A DNA stretch of 64,000 nt from the human T2T-CHM13v2.0 reference genome, Homo sapiens (GCF_009914755.1 NC_060939.1), one strand, 5' to 3'; numbered from the stretch's first letter, positions 40,331 through 56,530 are shown. Translations and numbers: made by a program. The notes: generated from the sequence alone by a model not told the origin.

Positions 40331-40640
40331 GAAACTCCTCATGTGCCTATGTCAGACAAGAGGGTGAACTGGGAAGTGACAGCCCCCTACCTCCAACTGA
40401 GTTCTTGAAATCCAGTTTTTTAGATGAGATGTTTAAGTCTTTGGAAAAAAATGGATCCCTTCTGCACCTTTTTCATGCCTACTGTGTCAACCCCTGCTGT
40501 GGAGGGGACGCAATGGTGAAGTTGGTGTTAAAAAAGAATTCCAATTCACCATGCCCTAAAACAACTCTTTCTTTCAAGGAAATTATAGTAAATAGCTTAA
40601 GAAACCACTTAATATGTGTAGCATATGTAACACTCAGGAG

Positions 40641-41010
<370 letters not shown>

Positions 41011-43780
41011 TAAAGACCTGGGGTCTAGTACTGTCCCCACCATTTTGTACTGTGAGGCATTGATCAACTCAATTAACCTTTTTGGGTTCCTTTTTCTCCT
41101 AAGTTAGTGGTGTGGTTGGGTGAGATGGTATCAAAGAGCCTCATTAGCACTGTGTTTTATGATTTCACCAGGAGACTTTACATGCTAGCCACTGCACTAA
41201 GTACTGCAGGTATGAAGACCAATGTCATAGTTCCCTTGACCACAAAACTCTTGGAAATGTGGCTGTCCAGGATGCCCTTGAATATCATCAAGGTACCCTA
41301 GAAGAAAGCTTGTTCTGGTGTTTAAATTTTCCTTCCTGCATCTTTTTCCCTTTCGTTCCAATCAAACCTTTTATTGAAAAGCATTGAAGATAAGCCTTCT
41401 TCTTCCACTGGGCAAGTCTTTAATCACAGGAGACTCTCAGGAACTTTGAGACTTCAAATTTGTTCACAGAGTTTATCCCATAAAACACATACATAGAGAT
41501 AAGTAGAGGAGAAAAAAAGCCATGTCAAGTATGGATCCCAGCAGTCAGCTAGGTTCACTCAGTAGCCATTTGATGGGATTACACACAATTACTCACTATC
41601 ACATGCAATTCAAATTAATGGCAGAGTCTAATGAAAATTCCCTACACCATGGACCATTGGGTTCCCTCTTACATACTTGAAACTGACCTATCAAATCATG
41701 AATACTACCGGTCTTCTCTCCTATAGACTAAACAAACATAATCATAGCCCCATTGACCTTCTTGATTCTTCCGCCTCTCACTCTTCTGATTGACTCTGTT
41801 AAGATTGTCTGAGATGTCAGTGTATGGTTTTGTTCACTTATTAAATACTTATCTTTACCAAGTACTGCATAAGTCTTTACACGTACTAAAATATTGACAA
41901 ATGTCCAAGGACTGGAGGAGATTACAGCCTAGTACTCTTCAGGTGCTCTAACCAGTTCAGAATTATTTCTCATGGTTTGCCCCTTCTTCCTGCATGTGTA
42001 GTCTAAGACCATGTTTGTATTTTGCTTCACCTTGCATATAAAACTCTTCGGCCTGTAATGAAAAAGGCTAAAATGTCTTCATTTTTGTTGTTGGCTTGAC
42101 TGTGTTTTCTTTCTGGACCAATTACCAGTGCATTATATGATATCACTGGATTCCCAAGCATGAGGCAGCAGGTGCCATGCATTTGTGCAGAATGATTTTG
42201 TTTTGACTTAAAAGCCTCTTGTCAGAATCTGGCATTTTGGAGGGGGAAGGAACATTGCTTAAAAGATACCCTTTTGGAAAGTTAAGAGCTTTGGTTTTGG
42301 ACAGCAAATCTCCCCTCCTAGAGAGTTTCTTCTCTTCCCCATACCCCTTGCTATAAAGCATGGAAGCTGTAGACCAGTTTGGAAGGAAGATATTTTATGG
42401 TGAACTAGCTCTGGACGTGCAATCCACCTGAGATGGCTGGAGAGCAAGTTTACTCAGAGGCCTTACTGTTGGTGAGGTTGACAAGGCTCAAGATTTGTGA
42501 TTCGACTGGAAATGCTACAGGGCAATGCTATGCACGTGCTGCAAAGCTCCATTTGGAGGTGAAGAATCTCTCCCTGGTTTACCATAAAGCAAACCTCTGG
42601 CTTTTTTAGGGCACCAACAGGAGAAGTCTTCCCCTCCTTTGTTGTACCATTTCCTCTCCTTGCATGCTTCTAGGTGTTTTTTGTTTTCACTCAAGGTCCT
42701 TAATCAACATGACATTTTCCATTAAAGGAAAGTAGAGGGGGTAGTAAACTTTGAAGAAAACTCAGATTATTTTGTTTGGGCATTTATTTTCAGGGGGGAG
42801 AAAGTTTTCTCTTAGATAATTTCTTTATCTTTTACCTGGAGATACGGTGAAGAGATTGTAAAACAATGCTAAGAATAATTTTATGAGGGAATATAAGATT
42901 GCTTCTAAGCAATACCTGGCCCATATCTTCAGGTAAAGGATGACAAGGATTTTAGATAAGTTCATGTGAAAATGTGCATTCTCTAAGCAGCTGACAATGA
43001 ATGGGTATCACTGATTAACATGTGTCTATTCCCTGTATGTTCCTCGGGGTCAAATCTAAGAGAAGCACCATACTGGGGAATGGTTACGAGGGGCCATGTT
43101 AAGGTGGGAGGGGCTTTTGCAAGAATGTCCAGAGTTGCTCAGCTAGAGAAAGATTCCTACGGTACTTATGAGGGGGAAACATAAGTTCTGTTGAGTAAAA
43201 GAAAAGTCATAACTAAGGGAAGAAGTAACATGGACAGAAACTGGGGCATTTAGTAGTTGGTTGGAAAAGCAAGGAACAAAGTCATTGCAGGTGCATACTC
43301 CAGAAGCAATGCCACAAAGAATGAGAGGTACCCAAATCCCATTTTTAAGGGTTGCCTTACTGTTTCCTACCTCGCCAAGTTTACACCATCTGTCTCTTCC
43401 CTCACATGGTTCTTCTAAAATGGTCTTGCCATGTCACTGTTCTCCTTGTCTATATTTTGCTGAACCTTCAAGGCCTAGTTGAAGTTCTACCTTCTCTGTG
43501 AGGCTTTCTTCTTATTCCCATTGCTCTCAGGTCTAGTCACTCTGTTAACTCTTTGAGAACCACATGACTTAAATGGCAGGGCAGATGCAATCCTTTTTCC
43601 TAATCATCTGCATCATTCTGTCTAGGAGTTTACCTCAGCATATGCTGCCGAAAAAGAACATGTTTTGTGCACTAATTATCTCAGATAGATGCTACTTGTC
43701 TCTTTCAATTAAATACCTTTCAGGGAAGCAGCAGTGTAGGATAACTTCTTTTATCCCCAAATGTGTGGCAGAGTGCTAAG

Positions 43781-44005
43781 TAATCATAGTAGCCAACATG
43801 TATTGTACACTGACCATGTGCTTGCCATTGTTCTAAGTACTTTGCAAGTATTAACTTATTTAGTTATCACAACAACCCTATGAGGTAGCTACTAGTATTA
43901 TCCTCATTTTACAGGTAAAGAAACTGAGACTTAGAGGAGTTTTGTAAATTGCCCAAGACCACACAGCTAGGAAGTGGGAGAGGTAAGGTTCAAATGCAGG
44001 CTGTC
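43781..44005 (-). mobile_element. MIRb, well preserved
   Basis: cacaacaaccctatgaggtag...cattttacaggtaaagaaactgagac...gcccaagaccacacagctag. Confidence 0.9.
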
Positions 44006-45525
44006 CACACCATTGGTCGTTTATTGTAATGGTTGCTGCTAGGTAATCTGTAAATGTTTAATACTTGTTAGTGGATCAATTTTGGCTAAAGAGGGAAAAA
44101 ATTAACTCTAAAGCATCCTTTGTACAGAAAGGGGGCTCGTGCTTCATAGTGAGTATTCCTAATTTCCTGTTACTTGAATTCGATTTGAAAATTGAATAGA
44201 AAAAAAATCAGTCTTTTCAGGCTGCCCTTGGGCTTTTATTAAAAACTACAGGAAACACAGAGTCTGATCAGGGCTTTCAACCGGGTTCCTCCTCATCTAA
44301 AGGTGAAGTGGAAACTGGGCAAGTATCCAAACGCTTTACCAAACCAGCTCATGCTACTGGAAGCTCCCTAGAAACCATTTAGGGGCTCACAAAGCCCATA
44401 GTACACAGGGAAACCTGGGCTGCTCATGAAAAGAGGAAACAGGAAACAAGCATCAAAGAACAAGCTCTTTGGATGATACGTTCACGTTACATATATGAAT
44501 CATCTCTCAACAGAAAGGACAAAGGCTGCTCTTTGCTTCCAGGCTTGTTACGTCCACGCTGCATCCAAAGTGGTAATGTGGTGTTTGCTAAGGCTGCCCT
44601 TTGAAAAGCTCTCCTGGTCTTCCAGAAATGCAAGCCAGCAGCAGAGTTGACAGGGAGTGGTATGAGCAGTCCCTTGTGGAGCATGAGGATTATCTCTCCT
44701 CCCCCTATCATCTATTTGGATGTTTATAAATGAGTAACGAGGTCAATTTGGGACAGGCAGGTTTTGTGCCACAATTTGGACAGATGTTCAGAGGCTCTGG
44801 AAAGCACAGCTGCCTGGTCCAAGTGGTGGTTCTGGCCAAAAGTACTAAGTGTTCAAAGGCGATGGGTCACCAGGGACGCTTGGAGGAGTCCACTGATTAT
44901 CAGGGAGTCTGCTGGTATTGATGCTTTCCAACCAGATGTATACTTGTAGAATCTTTAGCTTTCACAAAGTACAAACACATAAAATCAAAAGACATTTTTA
45001 GAATTCATAAATATTCTGTCAACGTAGTCGTCAATCTTTGTCTCCTTATATCCAAAAAGATTACATTTGTATTCTCTTCAATTGGTTGAAATTCAGCTTT
45101 GAACCAGTCACTACTAAGGTGTCTGAGTGCCATTCTAATTGATGATATGATTTGGTCATTTTGATAACAGGCACAGAACTATGAAATGGAATAGGAAGAT
45201 ATTTTTTACGGTACATGTAGTTTACATGATATTGGATGTGAAATGGCTATAAAATGCCAGAGCTGCTGTGGAGATATCTAATGAAGCCAAACAGGATATG
45301 CCATGGGATTAGATGTTTCTGCCCAAAGGGCATTGTATCCATTGTTAGGTAAGATCATATATCTGTTTTTTTTTGCTATTACAAACCGTGCTGGCATGTA
45401 CATTTTCTGCATGGCTCTTTGTGCACATTTGTTGTTTCCCTAGGGCTCATACTAAAAGTGGAAGACCTGGTCTGTAAAGCAGACACATTTTCAACCATTC
45501 TAGTTATGTTCAAATTGCCCTCTAA

Positions 45526-45964
<439 letters not shown>

Positions 45965-47225
45965 AGTATGATATATTTCTTAATCGTCTTGTTTTCATTG
46001 CTCTGATTTCTAGTAGGGCTAAACATTGTTACATTTTTTTGGGGCAAAGGATTACTCTTCTCTGGAAGGTCTGTTATTTCCATTGCCATTTTCCCTATTG
46101 GGTTGTTTCTCTTATTATTTCAAGAATTCTTTATAGACTCTGGATATCAGTTCTTTGTAAGTTACATGCATTGTAAACTGTCTCCCAGCCTGAAATTTGT
46201 TTTCTTCATTTTCTTTCTTGGGTCTATTTTTAAAAAGAATTGTAAAATGTTTGTGCAGTCACACTTAACAATGTTTTCCCCTTCAAAGATTATGCATTTG
46301 TGTCTTGTTTATATACTCTTTCCCTAACCCAGTTCACAATGATGTTCTTCTATGTTTTATTATAGAAGATAGTTTTGCTTTCCACATATAAGTTTTTAAT
46401 CCACCTGGATTTTATTTATAAAATATGATGTGAGATAGGAATCCAATTTTGTCTTTTTCCATAGATGGCCAATTGTCCTCACATCCTATTCTTTAACAGT
46501 TAATTTGTTTTCCCGTGATTTATAATACTATTTCTGTTGTGTATCAATTTTCCATTTTTGGTACCTCTATTTCTGGTGGCTATTTTTTGTTGCTCTATTG
46601 TCTCATTTGTCTATCTGCCTGTCTTTCTGTCAGTAGATGCATCATCTTCTTTAGGACAGCTCTATAAAGCATCTTAATATCTGATAGGGCTAGCAGAACT
46701 GTCAACCAATCCTGTTCTTTTTTCCAAAATTATATTAGCTACTTTGGGCCTTTTTCTCATCTAAATCAACTTTAGGATGAGTTTGTAAAGTTCTAAGAAC
46801 TTTTTTTGTATGTGTATTGACAATCTTTGCAGCTACAGGTTAATTTGGTGATAACTGACATATAACAGTTTGTTTCCCAACCAATGAACATGGTATAACT
46901 TTCTATTAATTCAAACAATCTTTTATGTGCTTCAATAAACTTTTGTATTTTTTTCCAGAGAGATCATAGACATATTTGTTGATTTTAGCAGTAATTGTCT
47001 TAGAGATTTGTTACTATTGTGAATAAAATATTTCCATTTCATTTTAAAATGTTTTATTCTTGGCATATATAAAAATATTGGGTTTTGATTAGTAAAAAAT
47101 ATCTAGCTACCATGTTGAACTTTCTTATTAATTATGAAAAGTTTTTGTAAATTTCGACGAACTTTCCACACAAATAATCACTATAAGTAAAAACGTTTCT
47201 CCTTCCTCTCCAATTCTTTTACTTA

Positions 47226-47534
47226 TTTTTTTTTTATTTTTTATTTTTTTGAGATGGAGTCTCACTCTGTCGCCTAGGCTGGAGGGCAGTGGCGCAATCT
47301 CGGCTGACTGCAAGCTCCGCCTCCCGGGTTCACGCCATTCTTCTGCCTCAGCCTCCGGAGTAGCTGGGACTACAGGTGCCCGCCACCATGCCCCGCTAAG
47401 TATTTTTGGTATTTTTAGTAGAGACGGGGTTTCACCGTGTTATCCGGGATGGTCTCAATCTCCTGACCTCGTGATCCGCCCGCCTCCGCCTCCCAAAGTG
47501 CTGGGATTACAGGCGTGAGCCCCCGCGCCCGGCC
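47226..47534 (-). mobile_element. AluY
   Basis: caagctccgcctcccgggttcacgccattc; TSD caattcttttactta / caattcttatactta. Confidence 0.95.
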
Positions 47535-48049
47535 CAATTCTTATACTTAAAAAAAATCTTAATTCAATAGCTAGAAACCGAGAAGTGGTGATAGTGAGTA
47601 TTCTTGCTATGCTTTTCAATTTAATGAAATTGCTTTTAAAGTGTCGCATTAAGTATAATGTATGATGTGAGTTTTGAATATATATCAGCAGATTAAGGAA
47701 GCTGTCTCCAAAATTTAGTTTGCTAAGGGTCTATTTCCTGAATAAATATTGAATTTAGTCAAATCATTTTCCTAAACCTATTAAAATCGTCACATTTTTC
47801 TACTTTAATTTGTTAATTTGCTGTGTTACATTATTAATGTTTATTTTTTAATTTCTAGGGCAAAACATATTTGGGTGCCATTTAAGAAAATACTGCTAAA
47901 TCAGATATACTAATATTTTATATAAAATTTCTGCATCTATATTCATAGTTGAGGTTGATCAATAAATTCATTTTCAAATATGTCAAGATTATAACAACCT
48001 TATGATATGAGCTGTAAAACTTTTCCTCATTTTTCTTTTTGTTAATTTT

Positions 48050-50170
48050 CTTTAGAGTTTTTGTTTTGAATCAAAGTTGTAAATGCACAAACTTTAAAGA
48101 GTAAAATAGTTTCTCTAAGGTTTTCTACAATAACAAAAAGCTTCCTTCAACACCTAACACTCCTGTCCCTCACTACAATTTTTCTTGTAGGCAAAACCAG
48201 GGACAAAAACTTTTAGCTGATTATTTTGAAATTTACCTCAAGATTACTGGAAAATATGCTTGCATTGTTCTTGATTTTGCAATTTAATAAGTATTGATTT
48301 CCTACTATAAAGAAGGAGGATTTATCTTTCTTTCCTTCCCTTGTTCCTGCACACGCATATACTTTACCTGCCTCTCCACCCTCCCGATAGAGTCATCTTA
48401 TAATACTGGTTAGATATGACTACATCAGTGTTTAATTATAAAGACTATGTAACTGCTTTTCAAAATGAAGACAGTTTTTGCTCCCTGCACCTTATTCACC
48501 TTTTTTGCTTAAAGTAAATAATAATGGTGTTTTTATTTGTTTTGTTTCGTTTTGCTTAGTTTCTATGTTTTATCACTAATTCAATCCCAAACTAAACTCC
48601 TCACCAATTGTCTAATAACCTCCTCTTGGACATTCAGATATCATAGGTATTCTAGTCAATTTTATCTTCTGCAAAAGTCTCTGACCTGCTCCAAAATAGA
48701 CTGGCTGCTGTCTATACTGAGTGGAGAGCTGCCATTCTGAGATTTTCCTTCATTACCATATTGGAGATTCCCTTGGCTCCTTTCCTGTATGGATGTTTCC
48801 TGAATTCCATGTTTTCCACTGTCTTTGGATGGGTACATGTTTTGAGATGTTACATGGCTGAAAATGTTTATTATAACTCTCCTTGAATGCTAATTTGGCT
48901 GATTATAGAATTCTATATTGGAGACAGCATTCCTGTAGAATTTTGAAGGAAGGTATTGCTCAATAGCCCCATACTTTCCAGTGTTAATTCCGAGAAGTCC
49001 GAAGCCATTCTGATTCCTGATCCTCGCTATGTGACCTATTTTCACCCTCCTGGAAATTCATATGTTTTCCTCTCTGAGCCGAGCGTTCTGGCATTTCAGA
49101 AAGATATTCTTTGTGTAGGTCTATTTCTACCCACTTTTCTGGGCACTCAGTAAGCTTTCTCAATCTGGGAACTAAGATTCATTTCTGAGAAATTTTCTTG
49201 AATTATTTTTACTACGTTTTCTTTCAATGCATTTTTAGTATTCTTCTAGAATTTTCAGAGGTTCAACCTCTTGGACAGGCTGTCTGATTTTCTTATTTTT
49301 TCTCTCTTTTTTTGTTTTTGTCTTTCTTTCTAGCAATTTTCCTTCACTTATCTTTGACAAATTCTATCAATTATTGTGTTCCTTCAATTTAATTCTAATT
49401 TTCAAGAGGAGATCATGGTTGTGGTTCTTTAGGTAATCCTTTTTATGGTAGAATGTTCTGGTTTTATGGTCAAAATATTTTCTAATCTTTCTCTGTTATG
49501 ACCTTGATAATGATGTTTTGAAGTTTTCTCCTCTCTGCTCAGTCTCTGTTTCTTCTAAGTTGCTTATTTCTGTTTATTTTGGTCTTTAACTTTCATTTTA
49601 TAGGCTTTCCCTCAGTGTCTTGTGTCTAAGTTGTCACCTTGCTTTTCTGTTTAGATCTTTCCTCTTGGACAGTTTAGATCCCAAGAATAGACTTTTCCAA
49701 TCATACGTGCCTGAGTGCCCTGCTACTGTTTTGGGAAAATAAAAAAGACTGGCATAGACCTGTGGGAACTGGAGATCTCAGCATTGAATATGCCCATGTT
49801 TTCTTAATAGCCTCTGTTTCAGTGTGGTGCCCCCACCCTCAGCTGTGCCAGCCTCCTCCAAATCACAGCCTCTGTTGACCCTTTTTGGTCTTTTGTTGGG
49901 GGTGAGGGAGGGGAGTTTCTGGGCTGTCAGGAGTAGGGAAGAGGATGTGAAGAGCCAAATGCTCTTTAGACTTTCGACCCAACATTTCTTCACCCCATTT
50001 CCTGAGGTAACAGGTGTGGACAATTCCTGAGTCTTTTGGGGATTCTGGGAAATCTAATGAGTTTTTGGCAATTTCCTTTGCAAGTTTAAAATTAGTTTTC
50101 TCAAGTCTGCTAAGTTCTTTAAGCCTTACCCCAATGCTTTCCAGCTTCCAGAGTTCTATTGCTTTCTGAT
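48050..50170 (-). mobile_element. HAL1 (half-L1)
   Basis: atgcacaactttaaagagtaaaatagtt...cttttagctgatt, followed by antisense ORF1-like sequence (gagaagtccgaagccattctgattcct). Confidence 0.7.
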
Positions 50171-50393
50171 TATTCCTGTATTTGTCTCCAGTTTACTTCT
50201 GATCTCAATTCCACTTTATTCTGACCATTCTTTTTTTTAGATATCTCAGTATTCTTCAAGTATTAATATATTTCTTCAAAGTTATTTTCAAATTATTTTG
50301 TATGTGATAAGGTAGTTTTTTTCTTCCAATTTGACTATAAGCCCCCAAAGTCTTCTCATTTTTACTCCGATCATTTTCCCAGAGTAGCTACTG

Positions 50394-50718
50394 GAGTGGT
50401 CCCCTCTTATCCATGGAGGTACATTCCAAGACCCCTAGTGGATAGTGTGGAACTCTATACATACTATATTTTTCCTATACATGCATAACATGATAAGGTT
50501 TAATTTATAAATTCTGAACAATAATAGGGTTAACAACAACAATGATAAAATAGAGCAATTATAACAATATAGTATAATAAAAGTTATGTGAATGTGGTCT
50601 CTCTCCCTGTCTCAAAATATCTTAGTGTACTATACTCACTTATTTTTTTTGGCTGCATTTGGCCACAGTTAACTGCAGTTAACTGAAACCGCAAAACCAT
50701 GGATAAGGGGGACTATTG
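50394..50718 (+). mobile_element. MER44A (Tigger7-type MITE)
   Basis: TIRs gagtggtcccctcttatccatgg / ccatggataagggggactattg; aataaaagttatgtgaatgtggtctctc. Confidence 0.88.
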
Positions 50719-50959
50719 AACACTCCGCATTTGTAGGACTTGATGCCTGTGGGTAACTACTGTCATATTCAAGCAACACATTCAATGTATCACCATAAGC
50801 TGCTCCATGTCTAGATACAATATTTGTGTAGCATTGCATCAATTTTTTCTGATCACCAATGTGTTGTAACCAGCAGCCAACTGGACATATATTAAATAAT
50901 GGTTGTGATCATGTTGAGAAAGATGGAGATAGGACATTATGGATGTCTTTAACTTTTTT

Positions 50960-51200
50960 GAAGTAGTTCCATGTAACTCCAGTACTATGGTATATATGAA
51001 CAGGTGTTAATAAACAAAGGAGTGTTGGTCAAATTAATGTGGCACATACTGGGTTAGGCAAACTTAAATAGGCTTCTTTATCATAGGATTTCTCAGAGCC
51101 TTTAATATGTTTTCATGCATGATACAGCATTTTCCACATTGTCTGTCCACAAAATACTTTTGTTTACAGGACACATTTTCACATATTTTTTGGTTTACTT
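50960..51200 (+). mobile_element. hAT-Charlie MER (MER112/113-like)
   Basis: tggtcaaat...ctgggtta...ttctcagagcctttaatatg. Confidence 0.55.
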
Positions 51201-51862
51201 TACATGTAATGAACTTAGAACAAAGTGTTCTAAGTTTTATTCAGGAATTTTTGGTTTTGTTTTCCGGTTTGCCTTGCTTTTAGGTTGTTGTTGTTGCCTA
51301 TGTTTTAAAAATCTAGCCTCAAAGTTAGGACAGCTGTGAAATATTAAATGTAATTTTTCCTTAAATTTTTTTCTGACCACACTTTGAAGAATAAGATTAA
51401 ATAGAATATTTCTTCATCAGCAAGAAAAGAAGAAACAAGGCCACTTCCTGTGTTATACCAACATGCTTTCTAACTAAAGGCGGAGGTCTGAATGAAATCA
51501 CTGAGCACTAAGAAATCATAGTGCAGTTCTCACTGATAAAGCCAGGGAAATACCGTAAAAACAGCGTCCCAGGGAGAGTTTGGTGAGCCAGACTGTTATA
51601 ATGGGTGAGTCGAGAAGAAGGCCAAGTCCAAGAGGACAATGTTTGGGGAAGGGGCAGACAGTGGTCTGATCTTAGGCTTCTTCTCCAAGGGGCTCATCTC
51701 ATCATTCATGAGAGCCAAGGTGGTAGGAGCCAAGAAGATCGGAGCTGTGAGCAGCTAGGAAGCAAGCCTAAACAGGATGAAATAAGGGGCTCAGGGGCTC
51801 ATTATTATTGAGTTCTGGCTGGGGAACCTAGGATGGGTTGGTTGGTTTAAAGTAACAGGGCT

Positions 51863-52655
<793 letters not shown>

Positions 52656-53081
52656 TAAAGTAATAGGGCTGAATCGGGTGATAAGTCACATAACTTAAAA
52701 CAAGTTTCAAGTAATTCTGTTCCCATATGAAAGAGGAGGAACTCGGATCCTTTCAGGCTTGTATGACTTGCAGAAGGTACATGAGTGAGCTGCAGAACTG
52801 CTTAGAGAATAGTTCCTGGACTTTCAGTTCATCTTCATTGCCAATCTACCATCTTGCTTTTCATACATGCTTCTTTAGCATCCTTGGGGCAATTGAACTC
52901 ACTCAGATATGCTAACACCATCATCCTAAGAGCCTCTCTAGCTGCCAAAGCAAGGGGGTTACAGTCAAAGGCCAGAATCCTCTACCTGAAATCCATGATA
53001 ATGCAAACATGTTTCCTGGGATTATGACACATGGGCTTCATCAACAAAAGGCCTGCCTACTTGGAAAATCTAAGGTCACTT

Positions 53082-53082
<1 letters not shown>

Positions 53083-53145
<63 letters not shown>
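53083..53145. repeat. Perfect (ACATAT)10 microsatellite
   Basis: Directly visible. Confidence 0.98.
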
Positions 53146-56100
53146 GAGAAAGAGAGAGACTAAGTTTAGCATGCAGCACAGAAACAAATATATTTTCCTT
53201 GTGTCAACTGCTGTTCAGAGTAATGCAGCCAGACCACAGGAAGCCTTAGCACCCTGCTAGAAAGATGATGTTCAGGGATGATTCCAGTAATGAGGCTTGA
53301 GGCGATTAACCCTGGTGCCCAACACAGCTGGCTGAGTCTAGTTTAATAACTCTGATAGCTGGATAGGCATTAGCTCAAAAGGGCTGAATTCCCTACCCCA
53401 ACTGCCCACCATCACTTAGTCATCTGGGCTCTGCAATCTTGGCTAACATGCAGATCTCTGGACTCCAAACACATCACCCTGGGAGGTTGTCTGCTTCATC
53501 CTGTTGGTGCTTCCTGCCTGAAAATGCCCAGAATGCTTATATATCTTAAATCCAAGCCCCCAATCCAGCCATGACCCTTCAAGTAGGCTGACTCACCCCC
53601 ACCCCTGTCGCTATCCCAAGTCCATGCTTCTGGCTAGCCCTCTGTACCCTTTAAATCATTAGTTTGACAAAGCAGACTTGAAAGTTAATGATTACTCTTG
53701 GTAAAGCACCTTGAAACATTTCTGTTGCTATTCAAGAGGAAGCTGTGGGGTGACTTTGCCTGTCTAACAATACCTGGCTAATTAGAAATAACTTCCTTCT
53801 CTCTCCATTGCTTGTTCTTTAGGCTAATGCTATTTTCACTTCCCATCTCCAACTTTTTTTTTTTAACGAAATGTAAAAACAATATAGCAACCAAAATTTT
53901 AATTTAAGAATTAAAGAAAAAATAAAACTGCAGAGCAAATACCCAGGTCTCACACCTCGGAACAATTCTTTTCTCTTTAAATTTATTCCTTGTCTCTCCT
54001 AAATATCTCACATTTCACCTGGTAATATCCATTGTGTAAGAATAATTCCATGTGTTTTTATTTAATACTCTATCTTAGAATTTTTCTGCACATATAATTT
54101 TTCTTAATGCTCATGACTACTTGATATTCCACAAAGTTGCTGTCACAATCCCATTATTTCTAGAAGACCCCATTTATTTTTATGAGCATCATTTCACTAA
54201 CTATCCTTGTGCTAACTGCCCATTATTAAAGCAGACACTTTAGCATCTTATCCTTGTGTTAAGTTTTCAAAATGAGAAAACGAAAGGGAAAACAAGTTAC
54301 ATAAGAAAGCAAGCATCAGAGCCTAGGAATTACAGATCACAACTCTATCACCAAGAATTCTGGGCTGATTTCTGTGAAGTCAGAGGTAAAGATTAATCTA
54401 AGCAAAGAAGGAGAAGCCTGAGCATTATGAAGTCAGGAAGACATAGACCTTGAGGGTCAAAACAGAGAGGGGCTTGGAGTCCCCAGGTGATTCCGCCAAG
54501 GCAGTATTGTAAAAGAGGAGGCGTCCTTCCATAGAGCTTTGCTGCCTGCCCTCCCATTCATTCTTCTGGCTGTTTTGGTTGTTTCTCAGATTACCAGGGA
54601 TGGGGGCATTTAACAGGTATTATTTGTGGCTGAAGTAACTTGATGCATATTTGCTTTGCCTCCAACTAAAGCAGCATTCAGAAAACTGGAATTCCAAGGG
54701 TGCGCCCTAGAATGGCAAGTTCATGCCCTGCCCATGATGTCTCCCAAGAGGATCTGCTCCACTCATGGTCCTTACTGAAGGGGGAAGACAAGGGAGCTGT
54801 CCTCGGTTGGATCGGGGTGGGCACCCAACTCAAAAGCAGCCTAATGCCGGATCTGTGAAAATAAACTGGGCCAATCTGGTTTTGTTTTAAGGAGTTTTGC
54901 TGTTTGGAGACTGAGGGATTGTTGCCAGTTAGTGACAGTATAAAAGAATACGCATGGAGTAGAGGAGCCTGTCAGCCACAATGCAGCACATGGGATGAAG
55001 TTAGGAGGAAATGGCAATCGAGTGAGGTGGAAATGAAAACAAAGCGAGCATCCTCGTGCAAGAATAATCAACAGAGAAGAAAAGCAGTTCCCCAAAGATA
55101 TTCCAGTTCGTGCCTTTGCTAGTGCCTGTTTCTTCATTTCCTGGGTGTAGCATACACATGCATCTTTTCATTAAATCTTTTCTTTTTCCCTCCCAGAGGC
55201 ATCTGAGTGAATCTCTGTTCCAACTAAAAGATCACTGTGTCAAGGACTCTAACAATGAAGTCTCAATAAAGAAGAAATTCCCCAGAAATCCCCAAATGAG
55301 GTTGCCTTAAAGTCACATTTCCAACATATAGGAGATTTGGCAAGAAAAACCAAAAGAGCTCATTGCCTACCTTTACAGGCAGACAATTAAACTAATTAAA
55401 AAGTGAGGTACTGTAGGCCTTTTGCCTTCAAGATCAGGGCTTGACCTACTAGAACCTTGGCAAAGTCTTGCAGTCTGAAGAGAGTAAGAAATCATCCCTG
55501 CCGATGACAGACTTCTGAGTAGATGGTTAGTAAATCAAGGTCCTGATGTGAAATGTTGATGCTATTTAGCCCAGGACGATGCAGGTGAAATATTACCAAG
55601 TTAATCACAGAGGGAGGACTACAGGAAGTCACTGGTCACTGTCCTTAAGGAAAAGTGTGAGATGAGATCCTGGTTGCAAGGAGCAGGACTATAAAACCAA
55701 TTTAGAGCCCCAAGCCCATTGGGATAGGAGGGAGTTATCATTAAGAAGATATCATTTGTATTTGAAAAAGTGAACAAGAGCCTCCTTATTTGGCAAACAG
55801 ACTATGTATTCTGAATGGGTAAGAAAGAGGAGGGTAGCCTACTCCAGGATTGGTATAATAGGATTGGTAATATTAAACTCCCAATTGCAATGATGGGTTC
55901 CTCAATATATTCAGAATAATCATAATAATAAGCACATAGTAGAAAAAGCACAGGGCTGAAACAGCTGTGTCCAAACACCAAATCTGTGGATTTTAGCTTT
56001 GGGTTGTGGGTCCATCAATTTCCCTTCTTTTATTAAAAGGGATTCATATTCCTATTCTTTAGGGTGGGCTATTCTTGCTTAGGTGGTTCTCCCTTGGGGT

Positions 56101-56309
56101 AGAATCAAGTAAGAAGTTCCTGGCTGACTTTTGCTTGGAAAGACAAAGGGCAGATGCCCAGAGTCCAGACTCCCACAGAAAATGCCTGTGGGAACCCCAG
56201 CACCCAGTGTATGAATATCCACTTTCTGGGTGCTGTAGCCTACAGATGCCCCACAACACCCACTGTCCTTAGGTGAAAACTGCAGTCAGGCTCCAAAGGG
56301 ACTTGTTTA

Positions 56310-56530
56310 GAGACTGTCATACTTATACTTTTCAATTTTCTTGTGGGGCTTTTTAACACGACTTATTACATACCATCCTCACAGCTACCTTGCAAGGGAA
56401 GTGTTATTATTTCTACTTAACAGATGAAATTGATGCTCTGAGAAGTGAAGCAAATTGTCCAAGGTTGCACAACATGCAGGCAATAGAACTAGGATCTGAA
56501 CAACTCATCACATCACAGTGTGTGTGCTCG
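56310..56530 (-). mobile_element. MIR
   Basis: ttaacagatgaaattgatgctctgagaagtgaag...tgtccaaggttgcaca. Confidence 0.75.

Noticed and set aside
51445-51845. Possible ancient LTR remnant
   Set aside because: No family-diagnostic sequence or TSD recognised.
53009-53260. His-Ile and Tyr-Ile repeat peptides
   Set aside because: Translation of the (ACATAT)n microsatellite.
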